Shown: positions 19,121 to 27,939 of the stretch, in pieces | Numbering within the stretch: position 1 is the stretch's first letter | Layout: each line of letters starts with the position of its first letter | Origin: Candidatus Altiarchaeota archaeon | Lineage (GTDB): Archaea; Altiarchaeota; Altiarchaeia; IMC4; SCGC-AAA252-I15 | DNA length: 64,000 bases | Assembly: GCA_043813075.1 (NCBI GenBank) | Contig: JBDRLL010000041.1 | Span: 1-64,000 of the forward strand | Reading direction: 5' to 3' | The notes under the pieces: generated by a model | Seen by the model: only the letters and a program-made list of their open reading frames with translations | Database searches by the model: none | What the model was told of the DNA's origin: nothing | Position numbers and translations under genes: made by a program

Positions 19121-21789
19121 CCATCCTTCTTTAAGTACATCGTCAGGCTGTCTATGTCAGCATCCCTCGTGGACTCTATCGTGAACCCTAGACTCTGCGC
19201 AAGATGCTTCATGGGCAGATTGTCTTTTATCACCGTCGCATATATTTTATCCAGGTTCTTCGCCCTCCCAACCTCGATAACCTTTTTCACAAGCTTGGAG
19301 CCTAAACCTTTCTTCTGCCAGCTGTCTGTGACGACAACCGCGAACTCGGCACTATATTCACCGGGATCGAACATGAGCCTGCTGATGCCAACCAACCTGC
19401 CTTCGTGCTCCGCGACAATCGCTATCTCGCGGTCATAGTCGTTGTGGCAGTATCTGACCAGCATCTCATGAGTTATGTCACGTATGACATGGAAGAAACG
19501 GTAGTGCATTGTAGTCTCAGAGAATGATTGGAACAATTCCTTGAGCTTGGGCTCATCCTCAGGGCGTATCGGACGCAGCATCACATTCTCACCACCCTTG
19601 ACCTCATATATCTCCATGTATTCGGCGGGATAAGGCATTATGCACAAGTGCTCGTAGCCCTTCTTCTGCTTCTTCTCGTCTATGACTATCCTAGCGTCTA
19701 ACGCTATGACCTTATCTTTACATGCCAGCAACGGGTTTATGTCGATTTCAAGTATGTCCGGATGATCGACTATCAGCTGCGAGAAACGGATTATGGTCTT
19801 CTCTAACTCCGTGAGGTCTGCTGGCGGACGATCCCGCGAACCCTTCATGAGCAGTTCATAGCTCCTAGTCTCCTCCATCATCCTGCGGGCTAGAGTCTGG
19901 TTCAACGGCGGCAGGCCGATGCCCTTGTCCCTCAAGACTTCAACCAGCGTGCCGCCAGAACCGAATGCTATGACCTGGCCAAAGACCTCATCCCTCTTGG
20001 AGCCCAACAGCAGTTCGAATCCGCGGTCCATTATCATCTTCATCACAGCCACCCCGCGTATCCTCGCGTCATGCTTGTACTTCCTGGCGTTCTCCATTAT
20101 CCTGTCGAAAGCCTTCTCGACCTCATCATCCGCATATATGCCGAGCATCACGCCTCCAGCATCGGTCTTATGGGTTATGTCAGGGGATTCTATCTTCAAC
20201 ACTACAGGATACCCTATCTCGTTCGCAGCCTTGACGGCCGCCTCCTTTGTCTCCGCGAGGAATGCGCGATTCGTGTTTATGCCGTATTCGATGAGGAAGT
20301 CCTTGGACTCTCTCTCAGATAGCACGTAGCAGCCTTCGTCAGCATTCTTCGTTATTAGGTCAGCTAGCATGCGGTTGTTTGGGACTACTCCTGTGATCAG
20401 TTCTTCAGGGGTTTCGTGCAGGAGCTTGAGGTTGTTCCCGTACTCGTAGCCGAGTATCAACGGTGTGACCGCCTTCTCTGGAGTCGGGTAGACTGAGATG
20501 TTCTTATCCCTCAGGTATTTCCTGGCGTCCTCCACAGTATCACCTCCCATCCAGCATGCTGTTATGGGCTTGTCAGAGTCCTTCCAGACTTCCGCCACCG
20601 ACCGGGCTATCTTATCGGGGTCTGTGCCGGCCTGGGGAGTGTATATGACGACTATGCCGTCTATATCCTTGTTTTTAACGCACTCTTCGAGAGCGCTCTT
20701 GTAGCGGTCAGGGCCTGCGTCACCCAAAACGTCTATTGGATTGCTCCTGCTCCATGCTGGAGGTAATTTCTTGTCAAGCCTGCTTATCGTATCGCCTGAA
20801 AGCCCGGCTAGCCTGCCGTTCAACTCGATTATCTTGTCGGTGGCCATAACCCCAGGCCCGCCGGCATTAGTGATTATGGCCATCATAGGGCCGTTGGGCA
20901 GACGGCCTCTCGCAAGCTTGTCTGATATGTCGAACAACTCGTCTATCTCGTTGACTCGGACCACGCCCGCCCTCTTGAATGCGGCAGTGTACACGTCGTC
21001 CGAGCCGGCTATAGCGCCCGTATGCGATACCACCGCCTTCCGGCCTTCCTCGAACCTGCCGGACTTAACGATCACTATTGGCTTCTGCCTTGCGAATCCG
21101 CCTGCAGCGCTCATGAACTTCTTCGCGTTCCTGACGGACTCCATGTAGATGACTATGCTCCTGGTCTTCGGGTCCCTGCCAAAGTAGTCTATGAGGTCTC
21201 CGTAATCCACATCCAGCATTGATCCGATGGAGACGAAGTAGCTGAATCCTATGCCCCTCTTGTTCGCCCAGTCTATGATGGACGAGCAGAGCGCACCGCT
21301 CTGGCTTATGAAGGCTATGCTGCCCTCCAGGGGCATGCTTATGGCAAAGCTTGCGTTGAGCCTTAACCGGGGGTTTATCACGCCAAGGCAGTTGGGGCCC
21401 ACGATACGTATCTCGTATTTGGTGGCTATCCGCTTGACTTCCTCCTCCAGCTTCCTTCCGTCCTCACCAGCCTCCTTGAATCCGGCGGAGATTATCACAG
21501 CGCTCCTGACGCCAGACTCCCCGCATTCCTCAAGTATTGTAGGTACCGTCTTAGCTGGGGTGGCTATGACCGCCAAGTCGACCTTCGTGGGTATGTCCTT
21601 AACGCTCTTGTACGCGTGGACTCCCTGTATGCTCCCATGCTTTATGTTGACGGGGTACACTGTGCCCTTGAACCCGTGGCCCAGCATATTCGCCATCAGG
21701 GAGTAGCCTACACTTCCTTCCTCGTTGCTTGCGCCGATGACAGCTATCGTCTCCGGAGAGAACACCTCCTCCAATCCTTTTGTAGGCAA
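19117..21789 (-). CDS. ADP-forming acyl-CoA synthetase (alpha+beta) fused to C-terminal GNAT (Pat/PatZ architecture)
   Basis: IAVIGAS, GPNCLG, SQSGAL, SHTGA, HKTD.GGV, DINPL, then RPIRPEDE...RFF...DYDRE...WQ.KGLG. Confidence 0.93.
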   Translation of the reverse strand: MPTKGLEEVFSPETIAVIGASNEEGSVGYSLMANMLGHGFKGTVYPVNIKHGSIQGVHAYKSVKDIPTKVDLAVIATPAKTVPTILEECGESGVRSAVIISAGFKEAGEDGRKLEEEVKRIATKYEIRIVGPNCLGVINPRLRLNASFAISMPLEGSIAFISQSGALCSSIIDWANKRGIGFSYFVSIGSMLDVDYGDLIDYFGRDPKTRSIVIYMESVRNAKKFMSAAGGFARQKPIVIVKSGRFEEGRKAVVSHTGAIAGSDDVYTAAFKRAGVVRVNEIDELFDISDKLARGRLPNGPMMAIITNAGGPGVMATDKIIELNGRLAGLSGDTISRLDKKLPPAWSRSNPIDVLGDAGPDRYKSALEECVKNKDIDGIVVIYTPQAGTDPDKIARSVAEVWKDSDKPITACWMGGDTVEDARKYLRDKNISVYPTPEKAVTPLILGYEYGNNLKLLHETPEELITGVVPNNRMLADLITKNADEGCYVLSERESKDFLIEYGINTNRAFLAETKEAAVKAANEIGYPVVLKIESPDITHKTDAGGVMLGIYADDEVEKAFDRIMENARKYKHDARIRGVAVMKMIMDRGFELLLGSKRDEVFGQVIAFGSGGTLVEVLRDKGIGLPPLNQTLARRMMEETRSYELLMKGSRDRPPADLTELEKTIIRFSQLIVDHPDILEIDINPLLACKDKVIALDARIVIDEKKQKKGYEHLCIMPYPAEYMEIYEVKGGENVMLRPIRPEDEPKLKELFQSFSETTMHYRFFHVIRDITHEMLVRYCHNDYDREIAIVAEHEGRLVGISRLMFDPGEYSAEFAVVVTDSWQKKGLGSKLVKKVIEVGRAKNLDKIYATVIKDNLPMKHLAQSLGFTIESTRDADIDSLTMYLKKDG

Positions 21790-21840
21790 ATCAATGCACC
21801 CCTTTTTTGTGATTTAGTTATGAGCAGGCAGATAAAAATG

Positions 21841-23517
21841 CTATGATGCGTTCAAAGCCCTCTTTACAGTGACGTTTAACGTGTTTATCATTGAACCGTC
21901 CACCAGATAGGACTCCTTCGTGATGGGGCTTAGTACGCCGTCCTTAACCAGGACTACGAGCGTGTGCTCCCCGTCAGGAAGGTTTCTTATGTTGTAGAAT
22001 CCTTTCGGACCGGTAGTGTAGTATTCTGCCGAAGTGGACACACCAACCCTCGCGTATTCTATCGGCTTACCGTCCTCGTCCAGTATGAAGCCGGACAAGT
22101 CGGATCCTTCCTCGAAATCATGGTGGCCGTAGGGCAGGGTCTTGTAACGTATTTTAGCGGAATCGATGAGTAGATTATCCGCCATGACAGTCAGGTCCTC
22201 CACATAATACGGGCCGTCGAATCCCATGCTGTTTATCGCGGTTCCGCTGAAGGACAGGTTAACTGACTGTGTGTTCTTTTCCAGGAATACTGTCGTCTTG
22301 TTAGAGCATATCCTCCTGCTTTCATTGGAGACGAGCCAGCCGGAGAACGTGTAGTTAGCGTCCTCGCGGGTGCTTAACCCTATCATGAACACGATGCTGT
22401 CTAGAATACCATCACCATCAACGTCAGTAGTGTAGTCGTAGTCGTAGCTGGTGAACTCTATCATAGGCCTCCTGAACTGCTTGTAGTTACGGTAGGGCAT
22501 CTTAAGGGACTTGAATTCGACGTGCTGGCCGTCTTCCACACGCCTTAATTCAATGTTGAGTATCATCTCCCCGTTGACTCTTGCCTTGTATATCTGGGAG
22601 CCTTCGAACACCAGGCGTTCCGTGTTCCCGCCTTCAATAAGGTACTTGTCGACCTGGTAGGAGACGAAACTGTCTTTTAAGACGCCCGTCTCAGGGTCGA
22701 CATAATCCAGGTAGCCGCTCAACAAGTATCTCCCGGGATTCCACACCTCCATCTCCAAGTCAGCGTACATGTAGTCGTACAGGCCGTCACTGTCCTGGTC
22801 CCTCATGAACTCCCACACGTCAGATATCCTTGCTGGAGGCCTTTCAAATTCATCATGAGCGTATGATCCTATGGGAAGGTATGATGTCTCCGTATAGTAG
22901 CCTGTCTCGCCTTTACCGCATAGGGTCAGGTTCACGTCGTATTCCCCGTCATAGCCTGCCATGGATATGTCTTCACCACTGAAGTTAAGGGACACAACAG
23001 CCATGCCCGCAGTAAGGTTAAGGGGTAGGGAGTATAGTTCGCCTGAATCAGGCAGGCTCCTCACCCCATAGTCTGACACCAACTGTTTTTCACCGCCGGT
23101 CAAGAGGCCGGAAAGCATGTAGCTGCCGTCTTCATCAGCCTCCACCTCGACATTGACGATAAGACTATCATATACTCCGTCACCATCAGCGTCTTCAGGT
23201 ATTGAGGAGGCCACTTGGATTATCCTCGGGGGGTGTAGGCCCGTATTGTCCTGCATTAGGGGGTTGCATCTTGGCCGGACTATCGGATTGGAGTCTGAGA
23301 ATATCTCCGACTCGATGATGCTAGTGGCGTTAGTAGCGCCCTTTCCCTTGGGGATTGTCGCCATCGTAGGCACTGTGAAAAGCAAGCCCTTTATCGTAGA
23401 TGACGTTGATGTTGTCACGGTTACGGTTGCTACAGGTGGTTCCGGTGGTCCCGAGCAACCTGAAGCAAGGACGAGCAATAGTATGACCGTAAGCCAACGC
23501 ATATTAATGATTAGCAT
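21841..23517 (-). CDS. Lipoprotein with three Ig-like repeats carrying DxDxDG motifs and a C-terminal carboxypeptidase-regulatory-like domain
   Basis: LASGC lipobox-like sequence; DADGDGVYD, DQDSDGLYD, DVDGDGILD; alternative start at 23502. Confidence 0.8.
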   Translation of the reverse strand: MLIINMRWLTVILLLVLASGCSGPPEPPVATVTVTTSTSSTIKGLLFTVPTMATIPKGKGATNATSIIESEIFSDSNPIVRPRCNPLMQDNTGLHPPRIIQVASSIPEDADGDGVYDSLIVNVEVEADEDGSYMLSGLLTGGEKQLVSDYGVRSLPDSGELYSLPLNLTAGMAVVSLNFSGEDISMAGYDGEYDVNLTLCGKGETGYYTETSYLPIGSYAHDEFERPPARISDVWEFMRDQDSDGLYDYMYADLEMEVWNPGRYLLSGYLDYVDPETGVLKDSFVSYQVDKYLIEGGNTERLVFEGSQIYKARVNGEMILNIELRRVEDGQHVEFKSLKMPYRNYKQFRRPMIEFTSYDYDYTTDVDGDGILDSIVFMIGLSTREDANYTFSGWLVSNESRRICSNKTTVFLEKNTQSVNLSFSGTAINSMGFDGPYYVEDLTVMADNLLIDSAKIRYKTLPYGHHDFEEGSDLSGFILDEDGKPIEYARVGVSTSAEYYTTGPKGFYNIRNLPDGEHTLVVLVKDGVLSPITKESYLVDGSMINTLNVTVKRALNAS

Positions 23518-23531
23518 GCAATAAGAAAAGC

Positions 23532-24446
23532 CTATCTCCCCCGCAGATCGTATACGGCGAGGAAACCGCAGTTCAGGCTCTCCTTATCAGGGTAAGAGTA
23601 GGGTAGGCCGCATATTATGCTGGCGCCCGCGTCCCTGTGGAATCCCAGGCCCCAGTCACGTCGTTCTCCATCCATGACCTGCGCAACGTATTTGTTCACG
23701 GTTGCGGGGGTTACTTTGCCGCTATCATTGAATTCTCTTGCCGCCCCCGCGTCAAGGCGTATTTCAGGCAGCCTGCCGTACACGAAAACATAGTTAGAGC
23801 CCACCTTACTGCGATAGTAGTCGAGGACACCGCCTAGTATCTGCTGTGAGAGACCCAGGCCCTGGAGCCTGTCGTCGACTTCAGCCAGCAGCAGGAATCC
23901 TGCACCTGCACCATGCCTTAACTCCCCTTCCCGCATGTTTTCCAGTTCAGTGAAGTTGACGTAGGGGTTGGGGGAGTTCGGGTGGGTGACTGCGGAGGTA
24001 AGCTCGTCCATCGTGAACCTTCCTCTCGCAGCCAAAAGCTTCTCGAAGTATTCGTCAGGATAGGCCATAGTCTGCTTTGACAGGTTGCATCCGATTACAC
24101 TACCTTTACTTAGTGTGAATGAGGCGCCTTCACGGGATTCTACCTTAACGTCATCGCCAGTGTAGCGGAGTACTGAAGGCCTGACAGGGATCGTGCTCAT
24201 CCAGCCCACAAGCTTGGCTATCTCAGCGTCCTGGAACGAGCGGTCGCCTATTGACGGGTTCTGCCTGTGCCGGAATACCACATATTCGCGGAGTCTTTCA
24301 TCAAGGTTTGACTGCCCAGGCTCTATCACCTCCAGCCGTGACTGCTCTGTGATGAACTGCATCGCCTCCCGGCGTTTCGCACCCAAATCCAGTACGCTGG
24401 GCGGCTGCGGGTTCCTTCGCTTCCCCCCATGCTCTTCGATATTCAT
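23532..24446 (-). CDS. GNAT-fold protein resembling YkwB-type acetyltransferases, with N-terminal extension
   Basis: V...LQGLGL (motif A), YGRLP, Y...V..G...D..L.FH...GA, PDKESL. Confidence 0.65.
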   Translation of the reverse strand: MNIEEHGGKRRNPQPPSVLDLGAKRREAMQFITEQSRLEVIEPGQSNLDERLREYVVFRHRQNPSIGDRSFQDAEIAKLVGWMSTIPVRPSVLRYTGDDVKVESREGASFTLSKGSVIGCNLSKQTMAYPDEYFEKLLAARGRFTMDELTSAVTHPNSPNPYVNFTELENMREGELRHGAGAGFLLLAEVDDRLQGLGLSQQILGGVLDYYRSKVGSNYVFVYGRLPEIRLDAGAAREFNDSGKVTPATVNKYVAQVMDGERRDWGLGFHRDAGASIICGLPYSYPDKESLNCGFLAVYDLRGR

Positions 24447-24447
24447 A

Positions 24448-24936
24448 CTACTCCTCCACTGTGGTGCAGCACGCCATCAATTCTTTGAGGAATGCCACCA
24501 CCGCCTCCTCCTGCCATAAGTTTTGGATGTATTTCGGCCATATCCTACGGAGATTGCCTATCGCAGTATACCCGTCCAAGCCCTGTGTGTATCCTAGGTA
24601 TGCTGCCAGCATTGTGCCTGTCCGGTCCCTGCCCAGGTAGCAGTGCACTAGCACCGTCTTGCCAGGGTTAGCCTGCATGTAGTCTATGAACTCGCGGAAC
24701 TGGTGTTCAGAGGGGGTGGTGAAGTCTGGGACTGGGATGTTGATGTGGGAGATGCCGTAGGAGTCCAAGTCTTCCCTGCTGTAGGAGGGGGTATCGTATT
24801 CCTCATTGTTCTGGAGGGATACTACCGCGTCTATACCCTCCTTCTTCAATGCGTCCAGCTCCTTGACGCTGGGTGTCGCGCTCCCAGCCAGCCGGCCGTT
24901 TATTATCCAATGGAAGTTGTCAGGCAAGTCGCTCAT
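24448..24936 (-). CDS. Dual-specificity protein/tyrosine phosphatase
   Basis: HCYLGRDRTG (Cx5R), IPVPDF general-acid loop, N-terminal NF.W. Confidence 0.93.
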   Translation of the reverse strand: MSDLPDNFHWIINGRLAGSATPSVKELDALKKEGIDAVVSLQNNEEYDTPSYSREDLDSYGISHINIPVPDFTTPSEHQFREFIDYMQANPGKTVLVHCYLGRDRTGTMLAAYLGYTQGLDGYTAIGNLRRIWPKYIQNLWQEEAVVAFLKELMACCTTVEE

Positions 24937-24944
24937 AATACACC

Positions 24945-26639
24945 TTACTGGAAGTATGCGTTAACGACATACTGGGATACCATGCGATGGGTGTTGAAGT
25001 AGGAGCCGTTGAATGCTATATTATTCACCATCATCTTTATCCACCTGCCCCTGTTGCCGTAGTACATGGGGATTATCCGGTCCTCCAGCTTCTGGTAAAG
25101 GTCTTCCGCATCCTGGCCGTGGTCCTCCACCTCGTTAAGCTCCTCTGGACTGGGGCCGATACTCCATCCGGTGAAGTCCTCTATATGGCCTTCTATCCAC
25201 CAGCCGTCGAGAACCGAGAAATTGAGGACTCCATTCACTGCGGCCTTCATGCCGGAGGTGCCTGACGCCTCCAGAGGCCTTAGGGGCGTGTTCAACCATA
25301 GGTCTGAGCCGGAGACGAGCAGTTTTGCGGAGTACATGTCGTAGTTGTTCAGGTAGATCATGTTTATCTTGCCGCTCAGCTCCCGCATCTCCTGGATTAT
25401 CTTTTTCAGTAGCTTCTTGCCTTCAGTGTCTTTTGGATGGGCCTTCCCGCCGTAGATGACTTGTATGCCCCCCTCTCTCTCAGCCATGGCCAGCAGGCGG
25501 TCGGTGTCTGTCAAAAGCAGGTCAGGCCTCTTGTATGCGGTAGCCCTCCTGCCGAATCCGATTGTCATCGTATCATAGTCTAAGTCTGTCTTGTAGTGCT
25601 TGTTGACGAAGTCTATCAGGTTCTTCTTTGCGGTAGCGTGCGCGTTCCATACGTCTTGCCCGGGAATGCGGAGTGCGAACCGCATTACGTAGGGGTCTAT
25701 CCTCCATGGGGGTATGTGTTTGTCGAATACTTTCGCCATGGGCTCGGAAACCCATGTAGGCGGGTGTATTCCATTGGTTATGGCCTCGATATTGTATTCA
25801 GGGAACATTTCCTGCGCCACTTCACCATGCATCTTGGCAACACCGTTGATGTATTTCGAGTGGTATAATGCCAGGTGGGTCATGTTGAGTCTCTCATCCT
25901 CGTCCAGTATGTCGTCGTGGTCTAGGCTAGAGTATTCCACGTAGTCCCCGAGAACAGTCTCGACCAACTTCCTCTCGAACCGGTCGTGCCCTGCGGGAAC
26001 TGGAGTGTGTGTCGTGAACACGCAGAGTTCACGTACCCGTTCTATGTCGTTCTCATACCTGTCCATGAGCTCGAGGGATAGCAGAGCTGAATGCCCTTCA
26101 TTCATGTGGTATGCCACCAGGTTGTCGTGGTCCAGGACTTGAAGCATCCTGACGCCGCCAATCCCGAGTATGGCCTCCTGCTTGAACCTGTATCTGCTGT
26201 CTCCGCCATATAGGTGGCTTGTCAGCTTCCTGTCCTCCGGGTCGTTGGTCTTTATGTTAGAGTCCAGGAAGAGGACTGGTATCTTATGCCCTCCAATGCC
26301 ATCTACCTCATGGACCCAAGCCTGAAGGAGCACGTCCCTGCCCTCCAGGTTGACTGTCACCTTCTCGGACAAGAGCCTCATGTGCTGGGAGTGGTCCCAG
26401 TTCACGGGATTCTCCAGCTGGTTGCCATCGCCGTCGATGACCTGATAGAAGTACCCTTTCTCGTTCAGGAGGGATAATGCCACTACGGGAACACCAAGGT
26501 CTGCGAAAGACTTGATGGTGTCGCCAGCCAGTATGCCCAACCCCCCAGCATACACGGGCATCTCTTCAGAAAGGCCTATTTCAAAGCTGAAGTAGGCTAC
26601 TTTCCTCTTCTGCGGAGCGTATTCCTGGTACTTGTTCAT
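24945..26639 (-). CDS. glgP: Alpha-glucan phosphorylase, GT35
   Basis: VAYFS.E.G, YAGGLG.LAGD, HMNEGH, FTTHTPVPAGHD, EASGTSGMKA (PLP Lys). Confidence 0.97.
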   Translation of the reverse strand: MNKYQEYAPQKRKVAYFSFEIGLSEEMPVYAGGLGILAGDTIKSFADLGVPVVALSLLNEKGYFYQVIDGDGNQLENPVNWDHSQHMRLLSEKVTVNLEGRDVLLQAWVHEVDGIGGHKIPVLFLDSNIKTNDPEDRKLTSHLYGGDSRYRFKQEAILGIGGVRMLQVLDHDNLVAYHMNEGHSALLSLELMDRYENDIERVRELCVFTTHTPVPAGHDRFERKLVETVLGDYVEYSSLDHDDILDEDERLNMTHLALYHSKYINGVAKMHGEVAQEMFPEYNIEAITNGIHPPTWVSEPMAKVFDKHIPPWRIDPYVMRFALRIPGQDVWNAHATAKKNLIDFVNKHYKTDLDYDTMTIGFGRRATAYKRPDLLLTDTDRLLAMAEREGGIQVIYGGKAHPKDTEGKKLLKKIIQEMRELSGKINMIYLNNYDMYSAKLLVSGSDLWLNTPLRPLEASGTSGMKAAVNGVLNFSVLDGWWIEGHIEDFTGWSIGPSPEELNEVEDHGQDAEDLYQKLEDRIIPMYYGNRGRWIKMMVNNIAFNGSYFNTHRMVSQYVVNAYFQ

Positions 26640-26640
26640 T

Positions 26641-27117
26641 TTATCCGAACTTCAGGGAGATCAACTCCCCGACGTAATTGCTTAATGCTATGACTATGAC
26701 GGCAATCAATAAATGCTCTAGTATGACGCCAGCAGGCTTGTCGCCCTGGTCCCTCGCGATAACGTAGCTTAGGACTGCCAGAACAGAGAGGCCCCATGCT
26801 ACGCTCACCACCATCGCGGAGCTCAAGTCTAGGAGTATGACTGGTATGATGAATGTGAGGGCGAAGATGAATTTGGAGAAGAATGTGGAGAGTGTTGAAG
26901 TCCATACCTCCTGATGGGTGTGCTTGTTCTCCGACTCCTCTGAGATGTGTATGCCGAGGGCGTCTGAGAAGGCGTCGGCTATCGCTATTGTCAGTATCCC
27001 CCCGACGACCACGAGCTTCGAGCCGGTCCCGGAATTCAGCCCCACCATCAGTCCGAGAGTCGTTATCGCCCCTGAAGTCAGTCCGAAACATAATCCAGTC
27101 TTGAGCGAGTGATCCAT
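26641..27117 (-). CDS. VIT1/CCC1-family membrane transporter
   Basis: FGLTSG.ITTLGL, IAIADAFSDALGIHISEE. Confidence 0.85.
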   Translation of the reverse strand: MDHSLKTGLCFGLTSGAITTLGLMVGLNSGTGSKLVVVGGILTIAIADAFSDALGIHISEESENKHTHQEVWTSTLSTFFSKFIFALTFIIPVILLDLSSAMVVSVAWGLSVLAVLSYVIARDQGDKPAGVILEHLLIAVIVIALSNYVGELISLKFG

Positions 27118-27166
27118 TGGTAGTTATTGGTCTTCATTTAATTTAACTCCCTCATAATCTATTTGA

Positions 27167-27937
27167 ATGCTTGAGTCGACATTCCAGCACATCCAGGGGG
27201 TTGGCGAGAGGACTGAGAGGCATCTGTGGGAGCGCGGCTGCAAGAACTGGGATCTGCTGATCCATGATGACTTCAACCTACCCAAAGACACGTACAGGAG
27301 GCTTAAGGCAGGGGTCATGGAGAGCAAGTGCCGTCTGGAGTCCATGGACCACGATTACTTCAGGAATAATCTCCCCAGGAGCATAACCTGGAGGGCCTAC
27401 GAGAACTTCAGGAACCATGCCTGCTTCATGGACATCGAGACTACGGGACTTTCCCCTGAGCATGATGACGTCACCACAGTATGCGTCCACAGTCCGGCAG
27501 GAACGGAAAGCTATGTTGCAGGGAAGAACCTTGGCAGGCTGAGGGACGATCTTAGGGAATTCAGATACATTGTGTCATTCAACGGCAGCCGTTTCGACCT
27601 GCCATTCCTAACCCGCCGGATGGGCGTCAGATTCAACCAGATACACTTAGACCTCCTGTACCCACTCAGACGCCTGGGATACTCTGGCGGCCTCAAGAGG
27701 ATAGAGAAGATGCTTGGCTTCTCGAGGGATACTGAGGGGGTCGACGGCTATGACGCAGTCCGCCTCTGGAGGGCTTACAGGAAGAACAGTGAGGTTGAAG
27801 TTGCGGGACGGCGTGTTTCCGGAGAGGATGCGCTGAATCTTCTCGTCGATTACAACAGAGAGGATACGGTTAACCTGGAGAGCATCACGGAATTCGTCGT
27901 CAAGGAGATGAGGGAGAGGCACAGGAGATACTTGTAG
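27167..27937 (+). CDS. YprB-like RNase H-fold exonuclease
   Basis: HhH-like IQGVG, FMDIETTGL, FNG..FDLPFL, GGLK.IEK.LG, YNRED. Confidence 0.9.
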   Translation: MLESTFQHIQGVGERTERHLWERGCKNWDLLIHDDFNLPKDTYRRLKAGVMESKCRLESMDHDYFRNNLPRSITWRAYENFRNHACFMDIETTGLSPEHDDVTTVCVHSPAGTESYVAGKNLGRLRDDLREFRYIVSFNGSRFDLPFLTRRMGVRFNQIHLDLLYPLRRLGYSGGLKRIEKMLGFSRDTEGVDGYDAVRLWRAYRKNSEVEVAGRRVSGEDALNLLVDYNREDTVNLESITEFVVKEMRERHRRYL

Positions 27938-27939
27938 GC

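Noticed and set aside
26636-27091. 151-aa alternative-frame ORF overlapping the VIT1 gene
   Set aside because: Arg/His-rich off-frame composition; the VIT1 frame carries the family motifs.
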